Assembly: GCF_042666455.1 (NCBI RefSeq)
Contig: NZ_JBHTDB010000016.1
Span: 582,530 to 614,529 of the forward strand
Length of the DNA: 32,000 nt
Direction of reading: 5' to 3'
Origin: Chelatococcus sp. GCM10030263
GTDB taxonomy: Bacteria; Pseudomonadota; Alphaproteobacteria; Rhizobiales; Beijerinckiaceae
Positions 17,346 to 26,225 of this stretch are shown here, piece by piece. Every line of letters starts with the position of its first letter. The stretch's first letter is position 1. The notes beneath the pieces were generated by a model. It saw only the letters and a program-made list of their open reading frames with translations. It was not told the DNA's origin and did no database searches. Made by a program: the position numbers and the translations under genes.

Positions 17346-18303
17346 CGACCAGCTCCGGCACGAGCCGCCCGGCGCGATAGGTGCGGCCGCTCTCCAGCGC
17401 CGTCACCATCACCTCGGCCGGGCTGAAGAGATGGCCGTCGATGGCGTAGAAATCGCCCTTGAAGCGGGCGAAGATCTCGGCGAAGGGCGCGCCGTGGTCG
17501 CGCGAGGTGGTGCTCGGCAACGCCTCCGTGAGGTCCTTCGCCTCTGCGTCCGGCCCCATCACGAAGAGATGGATGCGCCCGCCATAGATGATGGCATCGT
17601 TGGTGCGCCCCATGGCGACGACGAAATCGGGCGCGGGCGGCGCGAGCGGCGCGCTGCCGAGGCCGTCGACGACCCGCTCCAGCGGGAAACCCAGGGCATG
17701 CACCTTGTGGAGACCGACTTCGAGCACGCGGGCCACCACCTGCGTGGCGCCTGCGAGGCTTTGGGTGGGCGCATAGATGAAGGTGAGGCGATCGGTCTCG
17801 AGGCCCGTTGCCGCGGCGACCTTCTCGACGATGACCGCGGGCGGCGGCTCACCGGTTTCAAGCACCAGCACGGCGCTCTCGGCCGGGTCCGCATAGCCGA
17901 GCTCCTCGAAGAGGGTTTCGGCGCGGGCGGCCGCACGGCCGGGGCCGGAGCCAAGCGCGAAATAGTTCTGGCCCTCGGCCTCCGAGGTCAAGCTCCAGCC
18001 GGCATATTGGCTGCCAAGGCAGGCGAGAACCGGGTCTGTGGTGTGCACGGTGACCGAGAACGGCCAGCGCGATACCGGCCCCAACGGGCCGAAGGTCACG
18101 GTGCCGAGCCCGCCGAGGCAGATCTCGGCGATGCGTCGCCCGGCCTCCAGCGAGCCGGGCACGCGGGCGCCGGCGTCGATGATGCGGGCTCCTCCGGGTC
18201 CGGTGGTCACCGCCAGCCTGAGCGCGGCCGCCTCGGCGGCCAGGCGCTCAACCAGCGGTGCTGCGAGCGTATTGACGCTCGGCCGCTGCGTCGTTTCGTT
18301 CAC
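17329..18303 (-). CDS. mch: Methenyltetrahydromethanopterin cyclohydrolase
   Basis: 324 aa, ...[11 protein letters not shown]...[12 protein letters not shown]..., recognisable as Mch. GTG start at 18303. Confidence 0.92.
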   Translation of the reverse strand: MNETTQRPSVNTLAAPLVERLAAEAAALRLAVTTGPGGARIIDAGARVPGSLEAGRRIAEICLGGLGTVTFGPLGPVSRWPFSVTVHTTDPVLACLGSQYAGWSLTSEAEGQNYFALGSGPGRAAARAETLFEELGYADPAESAVLVLETGEPPPAVIVEKVAAATGLETDRLTFIYAPTQSLAGATQVVARVLEVGLHKVHALGFPLERVVDGLGSAPLAPPAPDFVVAMGRTNDAIIYGGRIHLFVMGPDAEAKDLTEALPSTTSRDHGAPFAEIFARFKGDFYAIDGHLFSPAEVMVTALESGRTYRAGRLVPELVDASFG

Positions 18304-19435
18304 GGTTGATGTTCCTGTGTTGGATGAGACGCAGGACCTCGGCAGCGCGCGTGTCGAGCAGGATGCGTGTCATCGAGGCGTCGGACGCCGTAGCCCAAAC
18401 GGTGGCGACCGGTGCCCCCGCCGGAATCCGGCTGCCGGGCGGCGGGCGATCCATGACGTAATCCGGCCAGGCAACCCCGGCAACCCGCTCGACCGCGGTC
18501 GGGGCATAGACGATCATGGCGCCAGCGGCGTCGCTCGGAGCGGCTTCGGCCGGACCGAGGCTGCCGCGAACCGCCGCTATATGGCGGGCGAGAAGCGGCG
18601 TCGGGCGCCGGTCGATGACGTCGAGCGTTGCGCCGGGACGCGGATTGATTTCGAGAAGCCACCAGCGCTCGCCATCGACGAGGCAATCAGCGCTGATGAG
18701 GCCGCGGAGACCGAATTCCGGCACGAGGCGGGCGATCGCCTCGGTCATCTCGGCGGCAAGGCCCGCTGCGACCGTTTCCGGCTCGATGGCGCCGCCGTAG
18801 CGCCACGGCGCCTGCGCCGACGGCGCCGTCCATTGCCGGGTGGTCGCGACCACCTGAGCGTCGCAGCCATCGGCGAGCACAGCCAAGGAGACGGGAACGC
18901 CAGGCAGGCAGTGTTGGGCATAGCAGCCCTTCGGCAGGCTCGCAGGCCGCGCTCGCCTGATATGGCTGCCGCCGGAGCCGCCGGCCTGCTTCACCAGCCA
19001 GAGGTTGGGATCCTCAACGGGATATAGCGAAATCGGCGGATGCGGAACGCCATGCCGCGCACAGGCTGCGGCGAACTGGGCGGGGTCCTTGACCCCGGCC
19101 ATGCTCGCGGCCGACGTGCCGAGCAGAGTGAAGCGCTCGGCAATGGCCGCGACCAGCGCCGGCCGCCCCTCGAAACCGCTGCCGAGCACCACGCCGAGCA
19201 CCGGGCGGGCGGCCTCGGCCGCGAGCGCATCGAGCGCGGCGAGAACACCGGCAGCGGCGATGCCGCGGCCGAGGCGGCCCGTCAGCGGCCGATAGCCGGC
19301 GGCGAGCGCCAGCGTGTCCATGTCGCCGAAGAGGTCGGCCACATAGGGCGCAAATCCCGCCCGCCGGGCGGCGGCGGCGAGCGCGCGACCCGACTGGGCC
19401 GCGACGAGCAGAGCTGGCGCTTCAGCCGGCGACAT
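18248..19435 (-). CDS. ATP-grasp ligase of the H4MPT/methylofuran island (orf9-type; MfnD-like candidate)
   Basis: About 395 aa. ...[14 protein letters not shown]..., ...[16 protein letters not shown]... ATP-grasp C-terminal motifs. I prefer ATG 19435 over the TTG at 19444 in the track. The 3' end overlaps mch by 56 nt. Confidence 0.75.
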   Translation of the reverse strand: MSPAEAPALLVAAQSGRALAAAARRAGFAPYVADLFGDMDTLALAAGYRPLTGRLGRGIAAAGVLAALDALAAEAARPVLGVVLGSGFEGRPALVAAIAERFTLLGTSAASMAGVKDPAQFAAACARHGVPHPPISLYPVEDPNLWLVKQAGGSGGSHIRRARPASLPKGCYAQHCLPGVPVSLAVLADGCDAQVVATTRQWTAPSAQAPWRYGGAIEPETVAAGLAAEMTEAIARLVPEFGLRGLISADCLVDGERWWLLEINPRPGATLDVIDRRPTPLLARHIAAVRGSLGPAEAAPSDAAGAMIVYAPTAVERVAGVAWPDYVMDRPPPGSRIPAGAPVATVWATASDASMTRILLDTRAAEVLRLIQHRNINRERNDAAAERQYARSTAG

Positions 19436-20315
19436 CGCGCGCAAAGGCGTAGGCGTCGCGGAAATCGAAGGCGAGTGGCTTGTCCGTTTCCAGCATGCGT
19501 CGGAAGAGACCGGATTCCGTCTGGTATTTCACATTGCCGATGGTGAGCGCGCCGATCGCCAGCGCCTTGCTGCCGTTGAAAGGCTCAGCCTTGGCCATGA
19601 CGCCGACGCCCTCGATACCGGCCGGCGGAACGGCGTTCACATCGGCAGCGATCAGGAGATTTTTCACCGCCGCGACCTGGCTGGCATCCAGGATATTCAC
19701 GCCCGCGGGTCCGGCCGAAAGAACGATATCGGCATCGCGCACGGCCGCCTCGCTGGCGGCGCGGCTGCTGCCATCCGCCGGCTCGACCGTCACCCCGAAG
19801 CGCTCCTTCATTTCCGCGGCAATGCCGGCGACGCGCTGCACGCCGTCGTGTCCGGCAATCACCGCGGTCGCGCGTTCGAGAGCGGCGAGCACGGCCGCGC
19901 AATAGGCCACGACGCCGGTGCCGCCGAAGATCACGACGCGCTTGCCCTTCAGATCCGTGCCGTGCTTGTCGCGCAGCGCCTTGGCGACCACTGCGACGAG
20001 CGCCGCCCCGGTGGTGAAGGAGCCGGCCGGGTCAGCGAACAGATTGAGCTCGAAGGGCGGCACGAAGGCTTTCTTGGCCGCATCGAGCATATCGAGCGCA
20101 AGCCCCGCCTTCTTGCCGGCGATGAAGATTCCGGTGCGCTTGCCGTCGTTCGGCGCGCGGGAAAATATGGCGTCCTGCACGAGGCCGGTGACCTCTTCGA
20201 GCGTCACATTCGTGTAGGGCACGACCACGTCGAAGCCGGCATCGGCTGCCATGTTCACGTCGAAGGGGCTCATATGCTTGAGCGGCGAGAGCATGTGCAA
20301 GATCGAGCGGCTCAT
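19422..20315 (-). CDS. mtdB: NAD(P)-dependent methylene-tetrahydromethanopterin dehydrogenase
   Basis: 297 aa, MSRSILHMLSPLKHMSPFDVNMA...FADPAGSFTTGAA...GGTGVV. Matches MtdB, and its position between mptG and mch matches the M. extorquens arrangement. GAGGAG SD. Confidence 0.9.
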   Translation of the reverse strand: MSRSILHMLSPLKHMSPFDVNMAADAGFDVVVPYTNVTLEEVTGLVQDAIFSRAPNDGKRTGIFIAGKKAGLALDMLDAAKKAFVPPFELNLFADPAGSFTTGAALVAVVAKALRDKHGTDLKGKRVVIFGGTGVVAYCAAVLAALERATAVIAGHDGVQRVAGIAAEMKERFGVTVEPADGSSRAASEAAVRDADIVLSAGPAGVNILDASQVAAVKNLLIAADVNAVPPAGIEGVGVMAKAEPFNGSKALAIGALTIGNVKYQTESGLFRRMLETDKPLAFDFRDAYAFARDVAG

Positions 20316-20333
20316 GGTCGTTCAGTCTCCTCG

Positions 20334-21314
20334 TTAGGCCTCTCGGGCGGCCACTGTTTCGATATGGGCGCCGTGGTTGACGCCGCAGGTCGTGATGAAT
20401 TGCAGGCCGCCCTCCCCGCCGTAGCGCGCCGAGAGCTCGCGCGCCAGGGCCGCGGCGGCTTGGGCAGAGCCGAGGAATGCAAAGCCCGTCGGGCCCCAGG
20501 AGCTCTGGCCGACGCCCGTGATGCCACGCGCTTCGAGCGCGGCCAGCACCTCGGCCACCCGCGGGCTCGTGAAGCGGCCGCCCTGGACGGGCGCGAAATG
20601 GTCACCCACCCGGCGCTGAATCTCGGCGATTCCCCGGCCGAATTCGTCGACGTCGCCCGCCACGAGGGCCGGCAGAACGCGCATGATGGCGAGGCGGCAG
20701 AGATGGCCTGCGAGTTCGGCCGGAAAGGGCGGTAAACGTTTGAAGGCTTCCGTCTCCGCCGATCCGTGGACGCCCTGCAGTGCCGGATCGAGGACGAGCA
20801 GGATACGCCAGTCTTCCGGCACCGGCAGCCGGGCGAGAAGCGGCGGCGGCGCCTCGCCTGCATCACGGCCACCGTCGAGAATGAAGCCGCCGCCGGTGAA
20901 GGCGGCGAGCCCGACGCCGGAGCGGTTGCCGCGATCGAGCGCACGCGCCGCGGAGACGGCATCGAAAGAGACATCATTGAGCCCGGCGAGCCCGGCGGCG
21001 ACGGCCAGCGCAAGCTGCGTGCCCGAGCCGAAACCGGCATGCGCCGGGATCTCGCTCTCGACCGCGATGCTGCAGCAGGGCGAAACGCCGAGATGGGCGG
21101 CGGCGGCCTCCACGTGACGGCGGAGGCGCTCGTCGCCAACTTCAAGCGTCGGGGATGGAGCAATGGTGAGCACGAGCTCCGGACGCGACAAGGCGACCCC
21201 GAGGCTGCCGAAGCGGCGGCCCAGACCGCCGTTCAGATCGAGGAAGCCGAGGTGCAACCGAGCCGGAGCGCGCACCCGAATCCTGGCGGCGCTCATCGTG
21301 GTCACGCTCTTCAC
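20334..21314 (-). CDS. mptG: Beta-ribofuranosylaminobenzene 5'-phosphate synthase (GHMP-kinase fold)
   Basis: IRVRAPARLHLGFLDLNGGLGRRFGSLG and PAHAGFGSGTQLALA motifs. Start is either GTG 21314 (GGAGG 10 nt upstream) or ATG 21296. The longer track ORF (to 21401) is not supported. Confidence 0.85.
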   Translation of the reverse strand: MKSVTTMSAARIRVRAPARLHLGFLDLNGGLGRRFGSLGVALSRPELVLTIAPSPTLEVGDERLRRHVEAAAAHLGVSPCCSIAVESEIPAHAGFGSGTQLALAVAAGLAGLNDVSFDAVSAARALDRGNRSGVGLAAFTGGGFILDGGRDAGEAPPPLLARLPVPEDWRILLVLDPALQGVHGSAETEAFKRLPPFPAELAGHLCRLAIMRVLPALVAGDVDEFGRGIAEIQRRVGDHFAPVQGGRFTSPRVAEVLAALEARGITGVGQSSWGPTGFAFLGSAQAAAALARELSARYGGEGGLQFITTCGVNHGAHIETVAAREA

Positions 21315-21406
21315 GTAAGTCGCCCCTCCCTGCTGGGTGCGAATGTTGGCCTTCTTGTGGTAGGCTGCGACTGTCCACCCCCAAAATCGGCAATGCAACA
21401 CATGAA

Positions 21407-21416
21407 TTCCTTAGAA
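21407..21416 (+). repeat. TTCCTTAGAA 10-mer, copy 1, in the AT-rich mptG/fhcB divergent promoter region
   Basis: Exact 10-mer also at 28855-28864. Related CCTTAGAG at 21460-21467 and AATTCTTTTTAGA at 21425-21437. Confidence 0.5.
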
Positions 21417-21506
21417 ATCTCATAAATTCTTTTTAGATACGTCGAATTTCTTGCTCCAACCTTAGAGCCGGTGCCATCATGGCCACGGACACCATGAGAG
21501 GAACCA

Positions 21507-22604
21507 ATGGCGGCTTGGGTCAATGGACACGAAGCCGGTCTTGATGGCGCAGTCGAGACGAGTGCGAACATTCTGGCGCAGGCACGGGCGCCGCTGATCG
21601 GCGGGCTCGCCGCCGATGTCGCGGCGATTCGTGCCGCCTACAGGCTCGCCTTCGCGACTGGCGCCTCGCTGGATCCCGCCGGTTCTGCGGGGCTCTACAC
21701 CGATCTCGCCGTCCTCTCGTCCTCCGGCCAAATGTTCACCACGCCGGCCGAAGCGCTCGCCCGCGCCGATCTCGCCGTGCTGATCGGCACCCGCGCGGCG
21801 ACCTCGCCCCTGGCGGCCGAATTTGCGGCGCGCCCGGTTACGCGCGGCTCCGCCGGCACCAACCGCCGCCGCCTCATCGCTCTTGCCGAGACGGCGCCGG
21901 CCAGTGTCGACAGCTTAACACAAATCGCCCTGCCGGGCGCGCAACTCGCGCCGGCCATCGGCCTGCTGCGCGGGCTCGCCGCCAACCGTATCCATGCGCC
22001 GGCGGGCGACATGGGAGCGCTGACGGAGGTCCTGCCGGCGCTGACGGAAGCGTCCTTCGGGGTCGTGCTCTACGACGCCGAAGAGCTCGGCGAGCTTGCC
22101 GTCGAGATGTTGCATGGGCTCGTCAAGGATCTCAACGCGACGCGGCGCTTCACCACCCTGCCGATCGTCCGGGAAACGGCGGCGCGCGGTGCCCTTCAAG
22201 TCGGCGCCTGGACGACGGGCGATGCGCCGCGGGTAGGCCTCGGCCGTGGCTTTCCGGAGCATGATCCCTGGCGGTTCGATGCGGCCCGCCTGCTTGCAAC
22301 CGGTGAAGCCGATACGCTGCTCTGGCTCGCCGCCCTCCCCGCTCCGCCACCGCCTGGCGGTGCGATCTCGACGATCGCGCTCGTCGGCCGCGCTGAAAAG
22401 CCGGTCGATCCGGCGAGCGCCGATGTGGTCATCGAAGTCGCCGTGCCCGGCGAGACCGGCTCCGGCGCCGTCTGGGATCAACGCCGCGCCACCTTCGTCT
22501 TTTCCAGCGCGCAAGCGGGCCCTCCTGCCTCCCGTTTGCCCCCGGCCTCCCACGTGCTCAGTGCCATCGAGGCCGCCGTCGCTGCCACGCGGAGGGCGGC
22601 ATGA
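21507..22604 (+). CDS. fhcB: Formyltransferase/hydrolase complex subunit B (FwdB/FmdB homologue without redox cofactor ligands)
   Basis: 365 aa, first gene of a coupled four-gene operon. The translated product contains no cysteine at all. GAGAGGAA SD. Confidence 0.85.
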   Translation: MAAWVNGHEAGLDGAVETSANILAQARAPLIGGLAADVAAIRAAYRLAFATGASLDPAGSAGLYTDLAVLSSSGQMFTTPAEALARADLAVLIGTRAATSPLAAEFAARPVTRGSAGTNRRRLIALAETAPASVDSLTQIALPGAQLAPAIGLLRGLAANRIHAPAGDMGALTEVLPALTEASFGVVLYDAEELGELAVEMLHGLVKDLNATRRFTTLPIVRETAARGALQVGAWTTGDAPRVGLGRGFPEHDPWRFDAARLLATGEADTLLWLAALPAPPPPGGAISTIALVGRAEKPVDPASADVVIEVAVPGETGSGAVWDQRRATFVFSSAQAGPPASRLPPASHVLSAIEAAVAATRRAA

Positions 22605-24232
22605 TCACCCGCATCACCGGCGGACGGGTGATCGATCCCGTCCACGATCGCGACGGCATCGGAGATATCTGGATCGCGAACGGGCAGATCACCACAGCCC
22701 CCGGCGACGGCCGTGCCGACGAGGTGATCGACGCCCGCGGCGCCATCGTCATGGCGGGGGCGATCGACATCCACTCTCATATCGCCGGCGGCAATGTCAT
22801 CCTCGCACGTCTCCTCCTGCCGGAGCTCCACGTCAGCGAGACGGCGGCGGACCTCGGCCTGCCCTTCGCGACCGCCCGCTGGTCGGCCTACGAGACCGGC
22901 CGGCTCTATGCGCAGATGGGCTACACCACGGTCATCGAGCCGGCGCTCGCACCGACGGCGGCGCTCGCCACCCATCTCGAGCTCGCCGACATCCCGATGA
23001 TCGACCGCGGGGCGCTCAGCGTGCTTGGTAACGACGACCAGCTGCTCGCGCTCCTGCGCGACCGCCAGGGCAAGGACGCGGTCCGCGATCTCGTCGCACT
23101 GACGCTCGCCACCTCGCGCGGCCTCGGCGTCAAGGTCATCAATGCCGGCGGTGCGGCGGCCTTCAAGGAGAACGTCCGCCGTTACGGGCTGGACGACACC
23201 GTGCCGAGCTACGGGCTCAGCTCGCGCCAGATCCTGACGGCGCTGCTCGATGCCGTCGCGGCAATCGGCGTACCCCATCCCTTGCACGTTCACTGCAGCA
23301 ATCTCGGCCTGCCGGGCTCGGACGAGACCATCCTCGCCACCATGGAGGCGGCGGAAGGCCGGCCGATCCATTTCGCCCACGCCGAGTTCTACAGCTACGG
23401 CGCCCGCGAAGAGGGTGGCTTCGTCTCGGCGGCGGAGCGCGTCTGCGCCGGGCTTGCGGCCCACCCCAATGTCACGCTCGACGTCGGCCAGGTGATCTTC
23501 GGCCAGACGACGACGATTTCGCTCGACATTCTGCGCCAGTACCAAGCCAACAAATCGGCCCGGCCGCGCAAATGGATCGTCACCGACGGCGATGCGGAAG
23601 GCGGCGGTATCATCCCGTTCAACTACAAGCGGACGAACGGGGTCAATGCGCTGCAATTCGCCATCGGCCTCGAGCTCTTCCTGCGCTCGCCGGATCCGTG
23701 GCGGGTGCTGCTCACGACAGACCATCCGAACGGCGGCCCTTTCACGGCCTATCCGCGCATTCTCCATCTCCTGATGGACAAGGCCGAGCGCGACCGCGTG
23801 ATGGCGGGCCTGCCGGCCATGGCACGCAAGCGCTCGGGCGTCGACGCTATCGAGCGGGAATATACGCTCGCCGAGGTCGCCATCATGACGCGTGCCGCGC
23901 CGGCCAAGCTGCTCGGCCTCGCCGACCGCGGCCATCTCGGCCCGGGCGCCCGGGCGGACGTCGCCATCTACGACGACAATGCCGATCGGACGGCCATGTT
24001 CTCGCAGGCGCTCACGGTGCTCAAGGACGGGCGCGCCGTCATCCGCAACGGCGCGGCCACAGGCTGGCATGCCGGCCGCACGCTCGCCCTCGCCCCGGGT
24101 TATGATCAGGCCATGGAGCGTCGAGCCGATAGCTATCTGGACGAGCGTTTCGGCATGGGCCTCTCGGGCTTTGCCGTGCCGGAAGACGCTTTCGAGCCGG
24201 GCCTTTTCCAGGTGGAATCATGCCGGACCTGA
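22601..24232 (+). CDS. fhcA: Formyltransferase/hydrolase complex subunit A (FwdA-type amidohydrolase)
   Basis: 543 aa. N-terminal ...GGRVIDP...AGAIDIHSHIAGG metal-binding HxH of the amidohydrolase fold. ATGA overlap with fhcB. Confidence 0.92.
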   Translation: MITRITGGRVIDPVHDRDGIGDIWIANGQITTAPGDGRADEVIDARGAIVMAGAIDIHSHIAGGNVILARLLLPELHVSETAADLGLPFATARWSAYETGRLYAQMGYTTVIEPALAPTAALATHLELADIPMIDRGALSVLGNDDQLLALLRDRQGKDAVRDLVALTLATSRGLGVKVINAGGAAAFKENVRRYGLDDTVPSYGLSSRQILTALLDAVAAIGVPHPLHVHCSNLGLPGSDETILATMEAAEGRPIHFAHAEFYSYGAREEGGFVSAAERVCAGLAAHPNVTLDVGQVIFGQTTTISLDILRQYQANKSARPRKWIVTDGDAEGGGIIPFNYKRTNGVNALQFAIGLELFLRSPDPWRVLLTTDHPNGGPFTAYPRILHLLMDKAERDRVMAGLPAMARKRSGVDAIEREYTLAEVAIMTRAAPAKLLGLADRGHLGPGARADVAIYDDNADRTAMFSQALTVLKDGRAVIRNGAATGWHAGRTLALAPGYDQAMERRADSYLDERFGMGLSGFAVPEDAFEPGLFQVESCRT

Positions 24233-25128
24233 CGCTCAACGGCATTGCGCTCGACGACACCTTCGCCGAGGCTTTCGACATGGCGGCGGCCGGCCTCATC
24301 ATCACCGCCGACAGCCTGCGATGGGCCGAAATCGCAGCCGTTACCATGACGGGCTTCGCCACCTCGGTGATCGGTAGCGGCTGCGAGGCCGCCATCAACT
24401 CCATTCTCAGGCCCGAAGATACGCCGGACGGGCGGCCGGGCGTGCGCATCCTCCTTTTCAGCTTCGACGGCAAGAGCGTGCAGCAGCAGCTGCAGCGCCG
24501 TGTCGGGCAATGCGTGCTGACGAGCCCAGGCTCGGCCTGCTTCGCAGGCACCGAGGGTGAGGAACGCGTCAGGGTCGGCGCCGGGCTCAGCATGTTCGGC
24601 GACGGCAATCAGGTGGCCAAGCGCATCGGCGACCGGCGGCTCTGGCGCATTCCGGTGATGGACGGCGAATTCCTGTGCGAGCACGACACCGGCCTCGTCA
24701 AGGAGGCGGTCGGCGGCGGCAATCTGCTCTTTCTCGGCCGCGACGAAGCCGGCACGCTCGCCGTGGCGGAGGCTGCCGCGGCGGCGGCCAAAAGCGTTCC
24801 CGACGTCATCCTGCCCTTCCCCGGCGGCATCGTACGCTCCGGCTCGAAGGTCGGCTCGCGCTACAAGGGCATGATGGCCTCCACCAATGACGCCTATTGC
24901 CCGACGCTGAAGGGCCGGCCCGGCTCGGCGCTTGCGCCCGAAGTCGGTTGCGTGCTCGAAATCGTCATCGACGGCCTGTCGAACGGGGCGGTGCGCGCCG
25001 CGATGCGCGCCGGGCTCCATGCGGCCGTCGCCGTCGGCCCCGACCACGGGCTCCTGCGCGTGACGGCCGGCAATTACGGCGGCAAGCTCGGCCGGCATCA
25101 CTTCCATCTGCGGGAGTTGCTGACGTGA
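24220..25128 (+). CDS. fhcD: Formylmethanofuran:tetrahydromethanopterin N-formyltransferase (Ftr; Fhc subunit D)
   Basis: 302 aa, ...LDDTFAEAFDM...LIITADSLRWAE...TGFATSVIGSGCEA... typical of Ftr. 13-nt overlap with fhcA. Confidence 0.93.
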   Translation: MPDLTLNGIALDDTFAEAFDMAAAGLIITADSLRWAEIAAVTMTGFATSVIGSGCEAAINSILRPEDTPDGRPGVRILLFSFDGKSVQQQLQRRVGQCVLTSPGSACFAGTEGEERVRVGAGLSMFGDGNQVAKRIGDRRLWRIPVMDGEFLCEHDTGLVKEAVGGGNLLFLGRDEAGTLAVAEAAAAAAKSVPDVILPFPGGIVRSGSKVGSRYKGMMASTNDAYCPTLKGRPGSALAPEVGCVLEIVIDGLSNGAVRAAMRAGLHAAVAVGPDHGLLRVTAGNYGGKLGRHHFHLRELLT

Positions 25129-25940
25129 GCGCCCTCACCTTCCGCCTGCGCGAGGCGCCGCCGGAGCGGCTCGACCTGTCGGCCTTGGTGCCGCAACGCC
25201 TCGCAGGCCTCGCACCGCAGGAGATAGTGCGCCTGCCGATCGGCACGAGCCGCATGGGTGTCGTGGTCGGCGATCTCTTCGGCGTGGCGGGCAATGACCC
25301 CGTCGACATCCGCTTCGAGGGCGGCTCGCCCCGCTTCGACCGCCTCGGCGAAGGGCTGGACCGGGGGCGCATCACGGTCGCGGGTGAGGTCGGACAGCGC
25401 CTCGGCTTCGCCATGGCGGCCGGCGAACTTAGCGTCGAGGGATCGGCCGGTCCCTTTGCCGCGAGCGCGGCGACCGGGGGCGTCATCCGCATCGCGGGCA
25501 ATGCGGATGAGCGGGCCGGCGGCGCGATCTACGGCGCCATGCACGGGCTCAACGGCGCGACCCTCATCATCGGCGGCAATGCCGGCCCACGGCTCGCCGA
25601 CCGCATGCGCAGGGGCCTCGTCGTGGTGACAGGCGAAGCGGGCGATTTCGCCGGCTCACGGATGATCGCCGGCACCGTCATTGCCGCGGCCGTCGGCGAC
25701 CATCCCGGCTATGGCATGCGGCGCGGCACCATTCTCACGCGACGCCACGGCGAACTTTTACCGACCTTTGTTGAAACCGGAGGCCACCGCTTCGTGTTTC
25801 TCCGAGTGCTTCAGCATTGGCTGCAGCACTCGGCCCCCGAATTGGCATCAGGTTTGCTTGCCACGTGGCCAGACGAGGTCCGCCGCCACGCCGGGGACCT
25901 CGCCGCCCTCGGCAAGGGCGAAATTCTGGTGGCCGCCTGA
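25125..25940 (+). CDS. fhcC: Formyltransferase/hydrolase complex subunit C (FwdC-type Gly-rich beta-helix)
   Basis: GTG 25125 (GTGA overlap with fhcD). Repeated GxxGxxxGxxMxxGxIxVxGxAG-type units (VAGEVGQRLGFAMAAGELSVEGSAG..., IIGGNAGPRLADRMRRGLVVVTGEAGD). The longer track ORF from 24897 lies inside fhcD and is rejected. Confidence 0.9.
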   Translation: MSALTFRLREAPPERLDLSALVPQRLAGLAPQEIVRLPIGTSRMGVVVGDLFGVAGNDPVDIRFEGGSPRFDRLGEGLDRGRITVAGEVGQRLGFAMAAGELSVEGSAGPFAASAATGGVIRIAGNADERAGGAIYGAMHGLNGATLIIGGNAGPRLADRMRRGLVVVTGEAGDFAGSRMIAGTVIAAAVGDHPGYGMRRGTILTRRHGELLPTFVETGGHRFVFLRVLQHWLQHSAPELASGLLATWPDEVRRHAGDLAALGKGEILVAA

Positions 25941-26006
25941 TCCTTCCAGCGTCTCTCGCATCGCTGACCGGCAAAGGCGCCGCCCGGCAAAAGGAGTAGG
26001 ACATCG

Positions 26007-26225
26007 ATGCTTGCTGGCATGATCATCGTCATGTCGATCTGCATGATCGATACACCGTCGACCTGTCGGGAAGAGCATCTCGACTGGTCGTTCGAGCACG
26101 TGAGCGCCATGAGCTGCATGGTGGGCGCCGAACAGGCGATTGCCCAATGGGAACAGCAGCATCCGGCCTGGCGCGTATCACGCTGGCGTTGTGCGGCGCG
26201 CGGCTCGCTGCCAAAGAGAGCTTGA
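26007..26225 (+). CDS. Small hypothetical protein (72 aa) with an N-terminal hydrophobic segment, 4 Cys and 4 Trp
   Basis: AAGGAG 10 nt upstream of the ATG. Third-codon positions are predominantly G/C, like neighbouring genes. Lies 66 nt after fhcC. I recognise no family. Confidence 0.5.
   Translation: MLAGMIIVMSICMIDTPSTCREEHLDWSFEHVSAMSCMVGAEQAIAQWEQQHPAWRVSRWRCAARGSLPKRA

Noticed and set aside
21315-21401. Longer mptG start (ATG 21401) giving MLHCRFWGW....
   Set aside because: No SD is present and the extension is not GHMP-like. The GTG at 21314 has GGAGG at proper spacing, and the ATG at 21296 begins the conserved IRVRAP... region.
22478-24070. 530-aa minus-strand ORF.
   Set aside because: Antisense shadow of fhcA (amidohydrolase with an HxH motif). 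It has no recognisable domain and an Arg/Asp/Gly-rich composition.
24897-25124. N-terminal extension of fhcC, and likewise 30486-30779 for pqqC and 31442-31543 for pqqD.
   Set aside because: The extensions overlap the preceding well-supported genes in another frame. Internal starts with GTGA/ATGA coupling or an intergenic position fit the known protein N-termini.
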